This document shows, piece by piece, positions 30,182 to 40,449 of a DNA stretch of 64,000 bases; within the stretch, counting starts at the first letter, position 1, and every line of letters begins with the position of its first letter. The translations under genes were made by a program, and so were the position numbers. Under the pieces are notes generated by a model. That model saw nothing but the letters and a program-made list of their open reading frames with translations. It was not told where the DNA came from and searched no databases. Origin of the DNA: Verrucomicrobiaceae bacterium (GTDB taxonomy: Bacteria > Verrucomicrobiota > Verrucomicrobiia > Verrucomicrobiales > Akkermansiaceae); the NCBI GenBank assembly GCA_051252135.1, contig JBPOGH010000008.1, positions 128,001 through 192,000 on the forward strand, in the 5' to 3' direction.

Positions 30182-30654
30182 ATTCCCAACCTCCACGACC
30201 CGATCTCATCGATCGCGACGGCATCGAACTTCTCGTCAATTCGTTCTATGATACCGTCCGCGAAGACGACCAACTCGGCTTCATCTTCGATCAACTCGCC
30301 AAGGTCAACTGGGACGCCCACCTCCCAAAAATGTACTCCTTCTGGGAAACCGTCCTCTTCCGCAGCGGCGGCTACAAGGGCAACCCCATCGCCTCCCATG
30401 CCAAGCTCCTCCCCCTGACCGATCTCGGGAAAGACAAATTCGATCACTGGCTCGCCCTTTTCGAAGCCACCGTCGATCAACATTTTGCCGGTGAAAATGC
30501 CGACCACATCAAGCGCTGCGCCGCTGACATGGCGAATGTCATCTTTAGCAAAATCAACAACGTCCCCGACCCCCGCTTCGACCCCGCCAACCTCACCCCC
30601 GAACAAAAAGCCCGCTACGCCGCCTACCGAAAAAACCCGGAAAGCGAACAATAG
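30178..30654 (+). CDS. Group III truncated haemoglobin
   Basis: LVNSFY..VR.D..LG.IF, W..HL.KM..FW, Y.GNP...H, F..WL.LF..TV; ATGA-coupled to nnrS. Confidence 0.92.
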   Translation: MNSQPPRPDLIDRDGIELLVNSFYDTVREDDQLGFIFDQLAKVNWDAHLPKMYSFWETVLFRSGGYKGNPIASHAKLLPLTDLGKDKFDHWLALFEATVDQHFAGENADHIKRCAADMANVIFSKINNVPDPRFDPANLTPEQKARYAAYRKNPESEQ

Positions 30655-30655
30655 A

Positions 30656-30685
30656 AAACCCGGTCCCTCAAAAGAGACCGGGTTT
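30656..30685. terminator. Hairpin between convergent genes
   Basis: AAACCCGGTC...GACCGGGTTT 10-bp stem. Confidence 0.7.
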
Positions 30686-30711
30686 CCCACAAAAAACATC
30701 CACTGAAACAA

Positions 30712-31335
30712 TTAACGGCGCCGGCGGAATCCCAAAAGGATTCCCAATGCACCTAACAAAGCTGAAGAAGGCTCGGGTACGGCCTCCGTCGTCACCGTCG
30801 AAAACGCAAACCCCACCGGATTGGTCTGGGTCTGGCGCGAGACATCCAAGGTGAAGCTATTTAAGAGAGCCACATTCCCAAGAGCCACGAATGGCGAGTA
30901 GTTCGTGATCGCCCCATCGTGATAGGCCGTATCACCCACCAGCCCGCGTTGAACCTCCTGCAAATTGCTATCCCAAGCGCCACCCGATGAGCCAAAACTA
31001 AACTTCGGCCCGCGAATCGAACCCGCTGTCCCGGCAATCTTGAGACCCTCAAAACTCACTCCACTGGGGAGGGAAAAGGTGAGTTGCCCGCCTCCCGAAC
31101 CGATCGCCAGACTACCAAATCCACCGGATTCGGTAGATAAACCCTGATCGCCAAAGTCATAAAAATCACCTGCCGAAATCGGCTCCGTCCCTGTCACAGT
31201 CAGAAGGCCCCCTCCGGGTAGCAATGTGGTTAAAGTACTCGCGTCCACCTGGGTCCAATTCGAAACCCATGTTTGTGCAGATGCTGAAATTTGAAGTGCT
31301 AGTAGCACAACGATCGACCCCCCGGTTGTTTTCAT
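30712..31335 (-). CDS. PEP-CTERM sorting domain protein
   Basis: Signal peptide; VPEPSSALLGALGILLGFRRRR. Confidence 0.9.
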   Translation of the reverse strand: MKTTGGSIVVLLALQISASAQTWVSNWTQVDASTLTTLLPGGGLLTVTGTEPISAGDFYDFGDQGLSTESGGFGSLAIGSGGGQLTFSLPSGVSFEGLKIAGTAGSIRGPKFSFGSSGGAWDSNLQEVQRGLVGDTAYHDGAITNYSPFVALGNVALLNSFTLDVSRQTQTNPVGFAFSTVTTEAVPEPSSALLGALGILLGFRRRR

Positions 31336-31655
31336 ACGCCGCAAAATCTCACATACAGCCCATCTTGTAAAGATTTCTTTACTATTTAGATATGCTTTCT
31401 AATTCACCCTTTCAAAACAAGTGAGATCCTCGGGTTTCATACCATCTGCTTCAAAAATTCCCAATACACTGGATGGGATATCTCAACTCACGCACTCCGG
31501 ATTCAACTTCGACCTTCAACTACCCATCCGATTTCCAAATCTCGCGTCCCTTCCCAAAGGGGCAATCATCCGAAAATCAAGGCGGCTTAAGCAATAAATT
31601 GGGAGTAACTTGATTTGAGAGTTTGCCCGCTCCGATTTTTGACCAAACTTGGCGC

Positions 31656-34600
31656 ATGAGAATTCTTCTCTTCTTGTTCACCTCCCTTGGTCTCCTCCAC
31701 GCCGAATCCTCTCTTTGGCTCCGCTATCCCGCCATCTCTCCGGATGGCAATACCATCGTTTTCACCCACGGGGCCGACCTCTACACCGTCCCCAGCACCG
31801 GCGGCGAAGCCACCCAGCTCACCCAACACATCACCCGGGAATACCACCCCGTCTGGTCTCGCGACGGCCAATGGATCGCCTTCGCCTCCGACCGCCACGG
31901 AAATGACGACGTCTTCCGCATCCCCGCCACCGGGGGAGCAGCCGAACGCCTCACCTTCCACTCCAATGACGACATCCCCTGGGCCTTCACCGCCGATGGT
32001 AAAAATGTCCTCTTCAGCTCCGCCCGGCTCGACTCCGCCGCCAACCTCGACATCCCCAACCGCCGCATCGGCGAACTCTACCAGGTCTCCGTCGACGGCG
32101 GGCAACCCGTCCAACTCCTCACCACCCCGGCCGAATACCTCAGCCTCTCACCCAACGGCGCACACCTCCTCTACCATGATCGCAAAGGCTACGAGGACGA
32201 CTGGCGTAAGCACCACCAATCCTCCGTCACCCGTGACCTCTGGCTCTACGACCTCACAAAAAACTCCCACCGCAAGCTCACCAACTTCCCCGGCGAGGAC
32301 CGCAACCCCGTCTGGATCAATAACGAGGATTACCTCTACCTCTCGGAACAAAGCGGCTCCTTCAACATCTGGCAAAGCTCCCTCAAAAAGGACAGCCAAC
32401 CCAAAAAAATCACCGCCTTCGACAAGCACCCCGTCCGCTTCCTCACCCGCTCGGATAAAGGCCAACTCGCCTACAGCTTCCATGGCGGCCTCTACCTCCA
32501 GGACAACATTTCCGCCCAACCCCGGAAGCTCAACATCACCATCCGCAACGATGCCAAGGTCAACAGCAGCATGGTCTCCATGTCCGAAGCCATCACCGAA
32601 ATGGTCGCCTCCCCGGATGGAAAGGAAATCGCCTTCATCGCCCGTGGCGAAATCTTCGTCACCTCCGTCGACCACCAAACCACCCGCCGCATCACCAACA
32701 CCCCCGAGCAAGAACGCACCGTCGACTTCCACCCCGACGGCCGCAAGCTCGTCTACGCCTCCGAGCGCAACGGCAGCTGGAACCTCTACACCTCGGAGAT
32801 TGACCGCGAGGAAGAAAAACACTTCTACCTCTCAACCGTCCTCACCGAAAAACCCCTCCTCACCACAGACGACGAAACCTTCCAGCCCCTCTACTCCCCC
32901 GATGGAAAATCCGTCGCCTACCTCCAGGACCGTGAACACCTCATGATCCTCGATGTCGAATCCCGAAAATCCATCCAAATCCTCGGCAACGACCGCACCT
33001 ACTCCTACTCCGATGGCGACATCGGATACCAATGGTCCCCCGATAGCAAAAGCCTCGCCGTCATGGCCCTCCAGAAAAACCGCTGGGCCGAAAACATCTT
33101 CCTCCTCTCCGCTGATGGAAAAGGCGACATGGTCGACCTCACCAAAAACGGCTACTACGACTTCAACCCCCAGTGGGCCTGGAACGGCGAAGCCATCCTC
33201 TGGACCTCCAACCGCCACGGCAAAAAAGCCCACGGCAGCTGGGGCTTCCACTTCGACGTCTACATCGGCTTCCTCACCAACCGCGCCCACCGCCTCTCCA
33301 AACTCAGCGAAGCCGAGCGCGAGCTTATCGATGACGAAGCCTGGGAAAAACTCTTCGAAGAAGAGAAAAAGCACGACCCCCAGGGCCTCGTCGATCGCAC
33401 CGAGCGCCTCACCATCCACTCCACCAACCTCGCCGGCTCCGCCCTCTCCCCCAACGGACGCGAGCTCTACTACATGAGCGAAGACCGCGGAGAACACCAA
33501 ATCTGGGTCCACCGCCTCTACAAAAACGAAACCGAAATCCTCACCACCATCGGCGGGGCGGATGACGATCGCGCCCCCTCCAAGGTCATGATCGGAAAGA
33601 AGGGCGAAAAGCTCTTCGTCCTCTCAGCCGGCCGCCTCTACGAGGTCGACATCAAAGGCGGCAAAGCCACCCCACTTCAGAAATCCGGTGAAATGAACAT
33701 CGATCGCGCCGCCGAACGCCGCGAAATGTACCAACACGTCTGGCGTCAGGTCCGCGAAAAATTCCACCGCACCGACCTCCACGGAGTCGATTGGGACTTC
33801 TACGGAGATGAGTACGAGAAATTTCTGACGTCCATCAACAACAACTACGACTTCGTCGAAATGCTCAGCGAACTCCTCGGCGAGCTCGATGCCTCCCACA
33901 CCGGCGCCCGCCACTACCCCAAGTATGGCTCCGCCGACCAAACCGCCTCCCTCGGCATCTTCCCCGATCCCTCCTATCAGGGAGTCGGCATCAAAATCCT
34001 CGAAGTCATCGGCGGCTCCCCCCTCGCCCTCCTCGATGACCCCATCACCCCCGGCACCGTCATCACCGAGATCAACGGCGCCCCCATCGCCGCCGGAGAA
34101 AACATCGCCAAACGCCTCAACCGCCTCGCCGGAAAACGCATCCTCCTCACCATGACCGACCCCAAGGGCAAGAAGATCGAAGAAATCATCCGCCCCATCA
34201 GCCTCGGTCAGGAAGGCGAACTCCTCTACAAACGCTGGGTCAAACGCATGCGCGCCGAAACCGAAAAAATCTCCAACGGCCAGATCGGCTGGGTCCACAT
34301 CCGCGGCATGGATGACGGCTCCTTCCGCAGCCTCTTCTCGGAAGTCTTCGGCTACCACTCCGATAAAAAAGCCCTCATCGTCGACACCCGCTTCAACGGC
34401 GGCGGCTGGCTCACCGAAGACCTCACCTCCTTCCTCAGCGGCGAAGCCTTCCTCCGCTTCTACCCCCGCGAACAGGAAAAACTCGGCGGCGAGCCCCTCT
34501 TCCGCTGGGACCGCCCCTCCGCCGTCATCATGGGAGAAGGAAACTACTCCGACGCCCACATCTTCCCCTACGCCTACAAAACCCTCGGCATCGGCAAGCT

Positions 34601-34865
34601 CGTCGGCATGCCCGTCCCCGGAACCGGCACCGCCGTCTGGTGGGAACGCCTCATCGATAAGGAAGTCCTCTTCGGCATCCCCCAAACCAGCACCCTCGAC
34701 ACCCAGGGCCGGTACCTCGAAAACACCCAACTCGAGCCCGATATCAAAGTCGCCAACACCCCCGAGAACCGCGCCGCCGGCCAGGACAAACAACTCGCCG
34801 CCGCCGTCAAACACCTCCTCTCCCTCCCGGATGCCAAGCCATGGCCGAAGCCTCCGAAAAAGTGA
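31656..34865 (+). CDS. Tricorn-like S41 family peptidase
   Basis: WLRYPAISPDG, PD40 repeats, GELDASH, PDZ region, DTRFNGGG, NYSDA, G.PVPGTG. Confidence 0.93.
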   Translation: MRILLFLFTSLGLLHAESSLWLRYPAISPDGNTIVFTHGADLYTVPSTGGEATQLTQHITREYHPVWSRDGQWIAFASDRHGNDDVFRIPATGGAAERLTFHSNDDIPWAFTADGKNVLFSSARLDSAANLDIPNRRIGELYQVSVDGGQPVQLLTTPAEYLSLSPNGAHLLYHDRKGYEDDWRKHHQSSVTRDLWLYDLTKNSHRKLTNFPGEDRNPVWINNEDYLYLSEQSGSFNIWQSSLKKDSQPKKITAFDKHPVRFLTRSDKGQLAYSFHGGLYLQDNISAQPRKLNITIRNDAKVNSSMVSMSEAITEMVASPDGKEIAFIARGEIFVTSVDHQTTRRITNTPEQERTVDFHPDGRKLVYASERNGSWNLYTSEIDREEEKHFYLSTVLTEKPLLTTDDETFQPLYSPDGKSVAYLQDREHLMILDVESRKSIQILGNDRTYSYSDGDIGYQWSPDSKSLAVMALQKNRWAENIFLLSADGKGDMVDLTKNGYYDFNPQWAWNGEAILWTSNRHGKKAHGSWGFHFDVYIGFLTNRAHRLSKLSEAERELIDDEAWEKLFEEEKKHDPQGLVDRTERLTIHSTNLAGSALSPNGRELYYMSEDRGEHQIWVHRLYKNETEILTTIGGADDDRAPSKVMIGKKGEKLFVLSAGRLYEVDIKGGKATPLQKSGEMNIDRAAERREMYQHVWRQVREKFHRTDLHGVDWDFYGDEYEKFLTSINNNYDFVEMLSELLGELDASHTGARHYPKYGSADQTASLGIFPDPSYQGVGIKILEVIGGSPLALLDDPITPGTVITEINGAPIAAGENIAKRLNRLAGKRILLTMTDPKGKKIEEIIRPISLGQEGELLYKRWVKRMRAETEKISNGQIGWVHIRGMDDGSFRSLFSEVFGYHSDKKALIVDTRFNGGGWLTEDLTSFLSGEAFLRFYPREQEKLGGEPLFRWDRPSAVIMGEGNYSDAHIFPYAYKTLGIGKLVGMPVPGTGTAVWWERLIDKEVLFGIPQTSTLDTQGRYLENTQLEPDIKVANTPENRAAGQDKQLAAAVKHLLSLPDAKPWPKPPKK

Positions 34866-35233
34866 CCGAAGTCGTCTGCGCCGTCATCATCCCCGATGGC
34901 CGTGCCCTCGCCTGCCAACGCCCCCCCGATAAAGCCGAGGGCGGTAAATGGGAATTCCCCGGCGGAAAGGTTGAATCCGGCGAAGACTTCGCAGCCGCCC
35001 TCCGCCGCGAGATCGAAGAAGAACTCGGCCTCGTCATCATGGTCGAGGAACCGCTCCCACCCGTGGAGCACAACACCATCCGCCTCCGCCCCTACCGCTG
35101 CCAAATCATCGGCGGACAACTCACCCTCCACGAACACCTCGAAGCCCGCTGGGTCAACTCCTCCGAAGCCAGCTCCCTCGACTGGGCCGATGCCGATCTT
35201 CCCATCCTCAAGACCCTCGAGCTCCTGGGATAA
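34862..35233 (+). CDS. NUDIX hydrolase (MutT/NudG-like)
   Basis: WEFPGGKVESGE....AL.REI.EELG Nudix box, WA.AD; the GTG start overlaps the upstream stop. Confidence 0.9.
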   Translation: MTEVVCAVIIPDGRALACQRPPDKAEGGKWEFPGGKVESGEDFAAALRREIEEELGLVIMVEEPLPPVEHNTIRLRPYRCQIIGGQLTLHEHLEARWVNSSEASSLDWADADLPILKTLELLG

Positions 35234-35274
35234 CCTTCCCGGTTGTCTTCACAGCCCATGGGAAAGACGACAAC

Positions 35275-36033
35275 TCACTCAAAGAACACCGCGATTTCCG
35301 ATGGGAGTTCGTCATAACGATAAACTTCGACCCTGGAATCTGAATAGCCAACCACAATATCGTTTTGTCGATTGGGTCGGGGACTCACTATGACCGGGAA
35401 GATTTCCTCATCGATCATTCGCCCACCTCCCGGATAGAGCCAAGGAATCGACTCATCGCGTCCGTAACGACAAAAAACATCCGGGTACTCCAACCCGGAA
35501 GCATCATTAGCCACCGCGTCGCTTAGCGAGGAAGGAAGTTGTTGATCCGAGTCCTCTACAAGCAAATAGAGCCTCACCATAAACATATTGGCCGCCCTTT
35601 GCTGTTGGGTTGTTTGCCGCAATTCTCTGCTGCTTACCATGATTTCGTTTGTCGCCAGCCAAGCCGTTTGATGCACGATTCCGGTCATGGCAATCGAAGT
35701 GCCAAACATCGAAAGGAGGAGAAAAGAAAGATACGTGGTGTATCGAAAACTCCACGGAGCCGGAAGTGCCTCAACATGCTCGGCGATCCACTTAAGAAAT
35801 TGATGGCTGAAATAGAGCGCCAAAGCGAGGGCCGCGCCTCCACAGAGGATCATCTCCACATTGTAACTCACTTGGGGAAGAACTTTGATTGGGTAAGTAG
35901 CCCAACCGGATGCCAATACCCAGACTGTCTCAAAAAGCCATTGCCCGATGACCGCCATCAAAAACAGGAAAACGATCCCCCCGACGATCAGAACGAGAAG
36001 AAAACTAAAGACTCTTCCTGCAGATGTTTTCAT
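35275..36033 (-). CDS. Hypothetical membrane protein
   Basis: Three TM segments, I.MTGIVHQ..W; coupled to the upstream ORF; lower GC than its neighbours. Confidence 0.65.
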   Translation of the reverse strand: MKTSAGRVFSFLLVLIVGGIVFLFLMAVIGQWLFETVWVLASGWATYPIKVLPQVSYNVEMILCGGAALALALYFSHQFLKWIAEHVEALPAPWSFRYTTYLSFLLLSMFGTSIAMTGIVHQTAWLATNEIMVSSRELRQTTQQQRAANMFMVRLYLLVEDSDQQLPSSLSDAVANDASGLEYPDVFCRYGRDESIPWLYPGGGRMIDEEIFPVIVSPRPNRQNDIVVGYSDSRVEVYRYDELPSEIAVFFE

Positions 36034-36665
36034 CGCTTCCTCTGGAGTTCACGTTGAATTCTCTCGTGAGACCACTTCTGAATCTCACCGTTCTTGAGAA
36101 TGACGTAGCGTTTTTTTCCCGCCGTCATTGGCTCGCTGACAAGGATCTCTCCTCCGGTTCCCGGAGGGTAGAAAATGCAGTAGCCACTTCGATCAGGAAG
36201 TCGCCAAGCGTCCCTGTTGATTGCCGGGTCCAATCGATCAGCGGGATAATTTCCATCGTGATTGGCTGCATATTCCCACAGCAATCTTTTCAATTCCCCT
36301 AGATTCGCCCGCCGTGCTTCTTCGCTGTTGCTGAGCTTGTAGGTGATCCCTTGTTTCTCCCAAGCACCTGGCGTCATCAACTCACGCGCGCCCGAGATCA
36401 TCGTGAGAATGACATACATGAAAAGTCCGCTCACCAACATAAGACACAGCGCTTTTCGAAAGTTGATAACTGGGATTGCCGGAATGCCCTTGGCGAGCCG
36501 ATTCCATAAAAACTTCACCACAAAAGTCAGAACAAGATACCCTACGATAAAGAAAGAAATGACCTCCATGCGTGCCTCCGCAAGGTCCGTAAGAACAATG
36601 GAAGTCATGCCTCCCTGCGCTACTCCCGTAGAGAGGAGGAGGAGGAAGAAAAGGCGGCGCAACAT
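36030..36665 (-). CDS. Hypothetical membrane protein
   Basis: AQGGM, LWN.L, LTMISGARELMTPGAW pattern; two TM segments. Confidence 0.7.
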   Translation of the reverse strand: MLRRLFFLLLLSTGVAQGGMTSIVLTDLAEARMEVISFFIVGYLVLTFVVKFLWNRLAKGIPAIPVINFRKALCLMLVSGLFMYVILTMISGARELMTPGAWEKQGITYKLSNSEEARRANLGELKRLLWEYAANHDGNYPADRLDPAINRDAWRLPDRSGYCIFYPPGTGGEILVSEPMTAGKKRYVILKNGEIQKWSHERIQRELQRKR

Positions 36666-36867
36666 GCTGGGTAAACGTGCGGAATTGAGTGATCTGTTTC
36701 AAGATCGAATCTTGAATCCGGAAAGTGATCTCAGCCCTTAATGACGAGTCGGATAAAATTGCAACTTCCATAATTCTTCGACAAACAGCAGGCCACCTAC
36801 CAGGCATATCCACGATTCTGAATGGTGACTTCCCAACAATAAACGCACCTGCGAGCCTCCACCACAG

Positions 36868-37746
36868 ATGCTCACCTCCCTCCCCACCACCCTCGGCCCC
36901 GAAAGCCGACGCCTCCTCCACGGCCGGGGCGGACACTTCCCGGGCCTCGAGCACGTTGCCATCGACTGGTTCGCCCCCGTCCTTCTCCTCACCCTCTATG
37001 TCGAAAAGGAAACCAACTCCGACCTCATCTCGGAGCTCACCGCATTCGCAAAAACCAACCCGGAAGTCACCACCCTCGTCGTCCAGGAACGTCACCTCCC
37101 CAAAGGCCCCAAGGGAACCCTCTACGGCGAACTCCCATCTCAACCCATCGCCACTGAGACCGGACTCCACTACCACCTCTCGCTCGACCGAAACCAAAAT
37201 CACGGCTTCTTCCTCGATATGAAACCCGGCCGCGATTGGATCCGGGCCCACGCTTCCGGCAAACGCGTCCTCAATCTCTTTGCCTACACCTGCTCACTCT
37301 CCGTCGCCGCCCTCGCCGGCGGAGCGGACTCCGTTGTTAATCTCGACATGGCCAGCGGCGCGCTCGCCACCGGACGCAAAAACCACCACCTCAACTTCGA
37401 CCCCGCGACCTGCCAACGCGCCAGCTACCTTCCCCACGATCTCTTCAAATCCTGGGGCCGCCTCGTCCGCGGCGCTCCCTACGATCTCGTCGTCATCGAT
37501 CCCCCCTCCAATCAGGGAAAAAGTTTCAAAGCCGAAAACCACTACCCCAAAATCCTCCGCCGCCTCCCCGAACTCCTCACCGACGAGTCCCAAATCCTCG
37601 CCTGCCTCAACGCCCCCCATCTCGATGAGTCCTTCCTCACCGACCTCTTCGCCGACTACCAACCCCACGGCCGCCTCCCCTGCGCCCCCGGCTTCGAGGA
37701 CCAAAACCCCTCAGCCGCACTCAAGTGCCTCCTCTTCACCGGGTAA
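36868..37746 (+). CDS. Class I SAM-dependent methyltransferase (RlmI/K-like catalytic domain)
   Basis: GFFLDM..GR, VLNLFAYTC, N.DM, DLVVIDPP. Confidence 0.88.
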   Translation: MLTSLPTTLGPESRRLLHGRGGHFPGLEHVAIDWFAPVLLLTLYVEKETNSDLISELTAFAKTNPEVTTLVVQERHLPKGPKGTLYGELPSQPIATETGLHYHLSLDRNQNHGFFLDMKPGRDWIRAHASGKRVLNLFAYTCSLSVAALAGGADSVVNLDMASGALATGRKNHHLNFDPATCQRASYLPHDLFKSWGRLVRGAPYDLVVIDPPSNQGKSFKAENHYPKILRRLPELLTDESQILACLNAPHLDESFLTDLFADYQPHGRLPCAPGFEDQNPSAALKCLLFTG

Positions 37747-37962
37747 CATCAAACCCCGCCAAACCCTCCACCATCCTCAATTTGTCAACCCGGCCCGGGA
37801 CTCATCCCGCACATCCTTCCCTTCTTCGGCAAAGACTTTAAAATTCTCCAAATAGCACTGCGACTGCTTCTTCCCTGCCCAGAAAACCGGAAAACGAATT
37901 GATGTCTCAATGCCAATCCTCAACCCACCACGATAGCCTGGACAAAGAGGTTGGTTTTCCGG

Positions 37963-38769
37963 CTATCTCTGGCGGCGCCGTCCAAAAACGATCGGGGCAC
38001 CGAGGAAGAGTAGAGCTAGAGAGCCGGGTTCGGGAACACCAATGCCCACCACCCCGGTAACCGTCGTGCCGAAGCCATCGAAATTCACCTCTCCGCCATC
38101 AATAAGCGTGTTTCTTCCATTCCCTGACGCCTCGTAAGTAAACTCCAGGGAGTTTCGATTGCTCACCTTGTAGAGCACAGCGGCATCCGCTTCACTTTGG
38201 TTACCGAAAGTCGTGGCCCCGCCCTGGGTTCTCACGTTATTACCGTCAATGTAACGTCCGCTGAAATGTGATGACACTCCATCATGGGTGATTTCAAGAG
38301 CGGTGGATCCGGTGACGGTATAGGTGCCCTCCGTGTGAAAGCTAATATTATCCCAAGCACTTCCGTTGGCCTGGCCATCGATGTCGTAAAACATCAACTG
38401 CCATTCGTAGAAGGCCCCCGGGTTGTAGGGGGTCGTGTATCCGGAGTTCTCAAAGAGCGCGAGTTCGAAGCGCACGGCATCACCCACGCCATCCGGCCCG
38501 ATGTTGATCCGGGCATCTCCGCTTACCGATCCATTGTTGGAGGCATTCTTGGGCGTGATAAAATCCTTTGATTCGATGCGGGCATAGATGTCGGTCGTTC
38601 CGTCATTCGCCACCACTCCATACTCCAAATAATCCGGATTCGTCTGGCCGAACGTGACATCCGAAAGACCGCCAAAATCAATGATGAAGCTCTGCCCGAC
38701 ACAAAGCACCGGAGCCAGCCCGAGAAGAATTCCGGAACCCTTCCCCAAGCACAACTCCCTAATTATCAT
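37963..38769 (-). CDS. PEP-CTERM sorting domain protein
   Basis: Ends VPEPGSLALLFLGAPIVFGRRRQR. Confidence 0.88.
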   Translation of the reverse strand: MIIRELCLGKGSGILLGLAPVLCVGQSFIIDFGGLSDVTFGQTNPDYLEYGVVANDGTTDIYARIESKDFITPKNASNNGSVSGDARINIGPDGVGDAVRFELALFENSGYTTPYNPGAFYEWQLMFYDIDGQANGSAWDNISFHTEGTYTVTGSTALEITHDGVSSHFSGRYIDGNNVRTQGGATTFGNQSEADAAVLYKVSNRNSLEFTYEASGNGRNTLIDGGEVNFDGFGTTVTGVVGIGVPEPGSLALLFLGAPIVFGRRRQR

Positions 38770-38951
38770 CGATGGAATATAATTAGTTTATTCTAATTAT
38801 CAACCTTTTTGGTTTACTTGTGCATAGCATGCCTTGCTACCGTTAACGGCGACATGTGTCCGCTCCGCCAGAAGCCAAACCCAGGTCCACAACCAACGCC
38901 CTCGTATTGATCGTGTTTGTTTATGCAAAAAAGCGGGCGGAGTCCCATTCC

Positions 38952-39728
38952 TCAACCCACCACGATGGCTTGGGCGAGGATGTCCTCATTCTTTTGCAAT
39001 CCCCTAATGTGCCTGCGGTAGACGTGCCCCTTGTCCCAGAGCAGTCCTTTCGATTTCTCCACCTTGGCAAAACTGGCGGCGAGTTGCTGCGATTCCTCCC
39101 AACCCTCCCGGCTACTGAGTCCCGCCTTCGGCCACGTTTGTCCATAAAGGGTATGATCAAAACGTTCCTTGGCGTGGACCTTGCCGTCGTGAATATGGAC
39201 GGTGGGAAAGTAAAGTTCCGCCGTCTTGGCCAACACGGAAGGGAAGGAGAAAGCCATCGGGTGAAGCTTCTGGTTCCCCTTCTTGAGTTTAAAAACCGCA
39301 AAACCATATCCGGCATACTGCGGAAGTTGGTCCCAGGTGCCCTCCGGGAGCCGGAAACGGGCATCAAGGCGGGAAAAATCCTTCACGGTGGGAACAAATG
39401 AGGCATCAAAAGAACCCACCGAGTGAACCTCAAGCTTAAGGGCCCCGGGTGGTGGGACGGCAAAATCATATGCTCCCTTGGTGCGTGTTTTGGGCCGTGG
39501 AAACCCCGCCTTCAGATCACGAAAAAAGTGATCATATTCCGACAAGTCGATGAACTGCACCGCATCCTCCTTCGCAGGCTGCACCACTGGAATGGGAAGG
39601 ATCATCGCGACATCCGCCGGGGTATCGAGACTCATCTGATACGCGATCGCCTGACGTTCCTTGGTGAGAAAACGGGCAAATATTCTGGTCTCGGATACCG
39701 AGTTTACGGGGCCTGAAAAGCAACACAT
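38952..39728 (-). CDS. Conserved hypothetical protein (DUF2330-like N-terminus)
   Basis: MCCFS start, AMILPIPV, ASFVP, HPMAF.FP, FPTVHIHDG.VH. Confidence 0.65.
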   Translation of the reverse strand: MCCFSGPVNSVSETRIFARFLTKERQAIAYQMSLDTPADVAMILPIPVVQPAKEDAVQFIDLSEYDHFFRDLKAGFPRPKTRTKGAYDFAVPPPGALKLEVHSVGSFDASFVPTVKDFSRLDARFRLPEGTWDQLPQYAGYGFAVFKLKKGNQKLHPMAFSFPSVLAKTAELYFPTVHIHDGKVHAKERFDHTLYGQTWPKAGLSSREGWEESQQLAASFAKVEKSKGLLWDKGHVYRRHIRGLQKNEDILAQAIVVG

Positions 39729-39776
39729 CTCGCCATTGAAGCGATACCGTGCACGAAAGAAACGGCAAAATTTGCC

Positions 39777-40430
39777 TTATTTTAAACTCAGCGTTTCCCC
39801 CACCCGCCTGGCAAGATCAAGATCATGGGTCACCACCACAAGGGTCACCCCTTTCTCCCTCTGGAGCTCAAGGAGGAGATCGATCACTTTGTTACCCGTT
39901 TCGCCATCGAGAGCACCGGTGGGTTCGTCGGCAAGAACAAGGGCCGGTTGATTGATGAGAGCACGGGCCACAGCGGTGCGCTGCTTTTCACCGCCGGAGA
40001 GCGCGGCAGGACGATGGGTGAGACGATGCCCCAATCCAACACGCTCGAGAAGTTCGGTGGCGCGGGCACGGGTGGTGGCCTCATCCTCTTCCCAGCCACC
40101 GGCCAGCCGCGGGACGAGGACATTTTCCAACACCGTAAGCTGGGGAAGGAGCTGGTGGTTTTGGAAGATGAAACCGATCTGGCGATTGCGAAATTTCGCG
40201 GACGCCTTCTCGTCGAGTTGGGTAACGTCCTGATCTCCCACCATCACCTCGCCCGAAGTGGGCAAAAGCATCGTCCCCAGAACATTGAGAAGTGTCGTCT
40301 TCCCGCTGCCCGAGGGACCAACCACAGACATCGCGGCACCATCCGGCACATCAAAGGTCAGGCCCTTGATGACGGAGACCACTTCGCTGGGAGTCTCATA
40401 GTCCACTGAGAGGTCGCGCACGGAAATCAT
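39777..40430 (-). CDS. ABC transporter ATP-binding protein (LolD/MacB-like)
   Basis: GPSGSGKTT, LSGGEKQR, ADEPTG.LD, VTHD. Confidence 0.93.
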   Translation of the reverse strand: MISVRDLSVDYETPSEVVSVIKGLTFDVPDGAAMSVVGPSGSGKTTLLNVLGTMLLPTSGEVMVGDQDVTQLDEKASAKFRNRQIGFIFQNHQLLPQLTVLENVLVPRLAGGWEEDEATTRARATELLERVGLGHRLTHRPAALSGGEKQRTAVARALINQPALVLADEPTGALDGETGNKVIDLLLELQREKGVTLVVVTHDLDLARRVGETLSLK

Positions 40431-40449
40431 GGTCTGAACCTACGCCACC

